The notes below the pieces were generated by a model that saw only the letters and a program-made list of their open reading frames with translations, was not told where the DNA came from and ran no database searches. This document shows, piece after piece, positions 31,363-32,000 of a DNA stretch of 32,000 nt. Every line of letters begins with the position of its first letter. The stretch's first letter is position 1. The stretch is taken from positions 870,001 to 902,000 of the forward strand of contig NC_009483.1 in the NCBI RefSeq assembly GCF_000016745.1, in the 5' to 3' direction. Source of the DNA: Geotalea uraniireducens Rf4 (lineage in GTDB: Bacteria; Desulfobacterota; Desulfuromonadia; Geobacterales; Geobacteraceae). A program made the translations under genes and the position numbers.

Positions 31363-32000
31363 ATGAAAACAATACGCCTGATCCTCATGACCTGCCTAAC
31401 CGCCGTCACCCTGCTCGCCCCCCTTTCCGGCGCGGCCTTTGCCGCCTGCACCGACCCCGCCGGCCCCAGCGTGGACTGGACTAGCTGTAACAAGTCCGGT
31501 GCCGACCTGCACGGCCTGGACCTGACCAGCGCCATCCTGACCAGCGCCATCCTGACCAGCGCCAACCTGACCAACGCCAACCTGACCAACGCCAACCTGA
31601 ACGGCGCTAACCTGTACAACGCCGACTTGACCGGCGCCACCCTGACCGGCGCCATTTTCACTGCAAACAACCTGGACGTTGCGCAGTTGTACGGCGTCGT
31701 CGGCCTGACCGAAACCCAACTGCTCGCCTATGCCGCGAACAACAAGTATGTAGCCTTAAACTGCTACGGCACCGTGTGCGGTCCCAATCTGTACAAGGTT
31801 CGAATGAAAAATCTCAACCTGAGCGGCTTCAACCTGAGCGGCATGAATTTTTCCCATGCGTTTTTAGAGGAAAACTGCAACCTGAGCGGAGCCAACCTGA
31901 CTGGCGCCAAATTTTCAAACATTTGGGTGATGACCGGCGTCAACCTGAGCAATGCCCAAGGGGTTACCCCGGGAATGTTCGCCGACTTTGTTACAGCAAT
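31363..32000 (+). CDS. Secreted pentapeptide-repeat protein (3' end lies outside the window)
   Basis: This ORF is absent from the ORF track because it has no stop in the window. AAGGAG at 31349-31354 precedes ATG 31363. My manual translation gives 'MKTIRLILMTCLTAVTLLAPLSGAAFAACTDP...ADLHGLDLTSAILTSAILTSANLTNANLTNANLNGANLYNADLTGATLTGAIF...NLSGFNLSGMNFSHAFLEENCNLSGANLTGAKFS', with no stop up to 32000. Confidence 0.8.
   Translation, partial: MKTIRLILMTCLTAVTLLAPLSGAAFAACTDPAGPSVDWTSCNKSGADLHGLDLTSAILTSAILTSANLTNANLTNANLNGANLYNADLTGATLTGAIFTANNLDVAQLYGVVGLTETQLLAYAANNKYVALNCYGTVCGPNLYKVRMKNLNLSGFNLSGMNFSHAFLEENCNLSGANLTGAKFSNIWVMTGVNLSNAQGVTPGMFADFVTA
31501..31665 (+). repeat. 15-bp periodic DNA (11 units) encoding pentapeptide repeats
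   Basis: 'gccatcctgaccagc' x2, 'gccaacctgaccaac' x2 and close variants run back to back. Confidence 0.85.

Noticed and set aside
31248-31719. Minus-strand ORFs (140 aa and 107 aa) with repetitive 'ALVRLALVRM'/'GAGQVG' translations.
   Set aside because: They are antisense shadows of the 15-bp pentapeptide-repeat periodicity. The plus-strand frame has an SD, a signal peptide and canonical A(D/N)L..-type pentapeptides.
1-32000. Search for mobile-element genes, tRNA/rRNA genes and att-like large direct repeats that would define a genomic island.
   Set aside because: I saw no transposase, integrase or recombinase motifs and no tRNA-like cloverleaf in the spacers. The only long repeats are the intragenic repeats and the duplicated tail/lipoprotein cassette. 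Island status of 14.6-19.9 kb therefore rests only on pseudogenes and composition.

Overview
This is a 32-kb, GC-rich bacterial segment coded almost entirely on the plus strand. The gene content includes 7TMR-DISM/NarL two-component systems, an ELWxxDGT-repeat protein, a giant adhesin of the choice-of-anchor-Q type, DUF1566 lectin-like proteins and many lipoproteins. That mix resembles a Geobacter/Desulfuromonadales-type diderm, but the taxon is only an inference. Layout: (i) 137-5030 is an operon encoding a surface lipoprotein (6 CarboxypepD_reg-like repeats), two DUF1566 paralogs and an AT-rich orphan. It ends at a clean terminator that directly abuts a ~39-codon GGDEF C-terminal remnant. 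(ii) 5426-8036 encodes a 7TM sensor kinase plus a NarL-type regulator. (iii) 8110-9300 is a lone minus-strand AAA ATPase. (iv) 9664-14575 encodes a 1241-aa ELWxxDGT-repeat protein with a dockerin-like C-terminal tail, followed by a lipoprotein with a cohesin-like C-terminus. (v) 14.6-19.9 kb is an accessory patch. It holds scrambled and decayed copies of a SAM-methyltransferase-fold gene, a GNAT, a stefin/cystatin-like gene carrying QVVAGTNY, two mini phage-tail-collar genes and a leaderless discoidin/cadherin-like protein. (vi) 20030-27360 encodes a 2042-aa mosaic adhesin with the same dockerin-like tail, followed by a paralogous lipoprotein. (vii) 27780-28301 is a third, minimal cohesin-like lipoprotein behind a long leader that contains a perfect 3 x 16-bp tandem repeat. 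(viii) 28593-31086 is a second NarL regulator plus 7TM kinase. (ix) 31363 to the window end is a secreted pentapeptide-repeat protein that runs off the window. I recognised no rRNA, tRNA, CRISPR array, transposase or integrase. The most interesting hypothesis is that the duplicated module 'dockerin-tailed giant surface protein + cohesin-like lipoprotein', plus the orphan cohesin-like lipoprotein, forms a non-cellulosomal cohesin-dockerin-type display system on a diderm cell surface. All domain calls come from motif recognition by eye, not from database searches.
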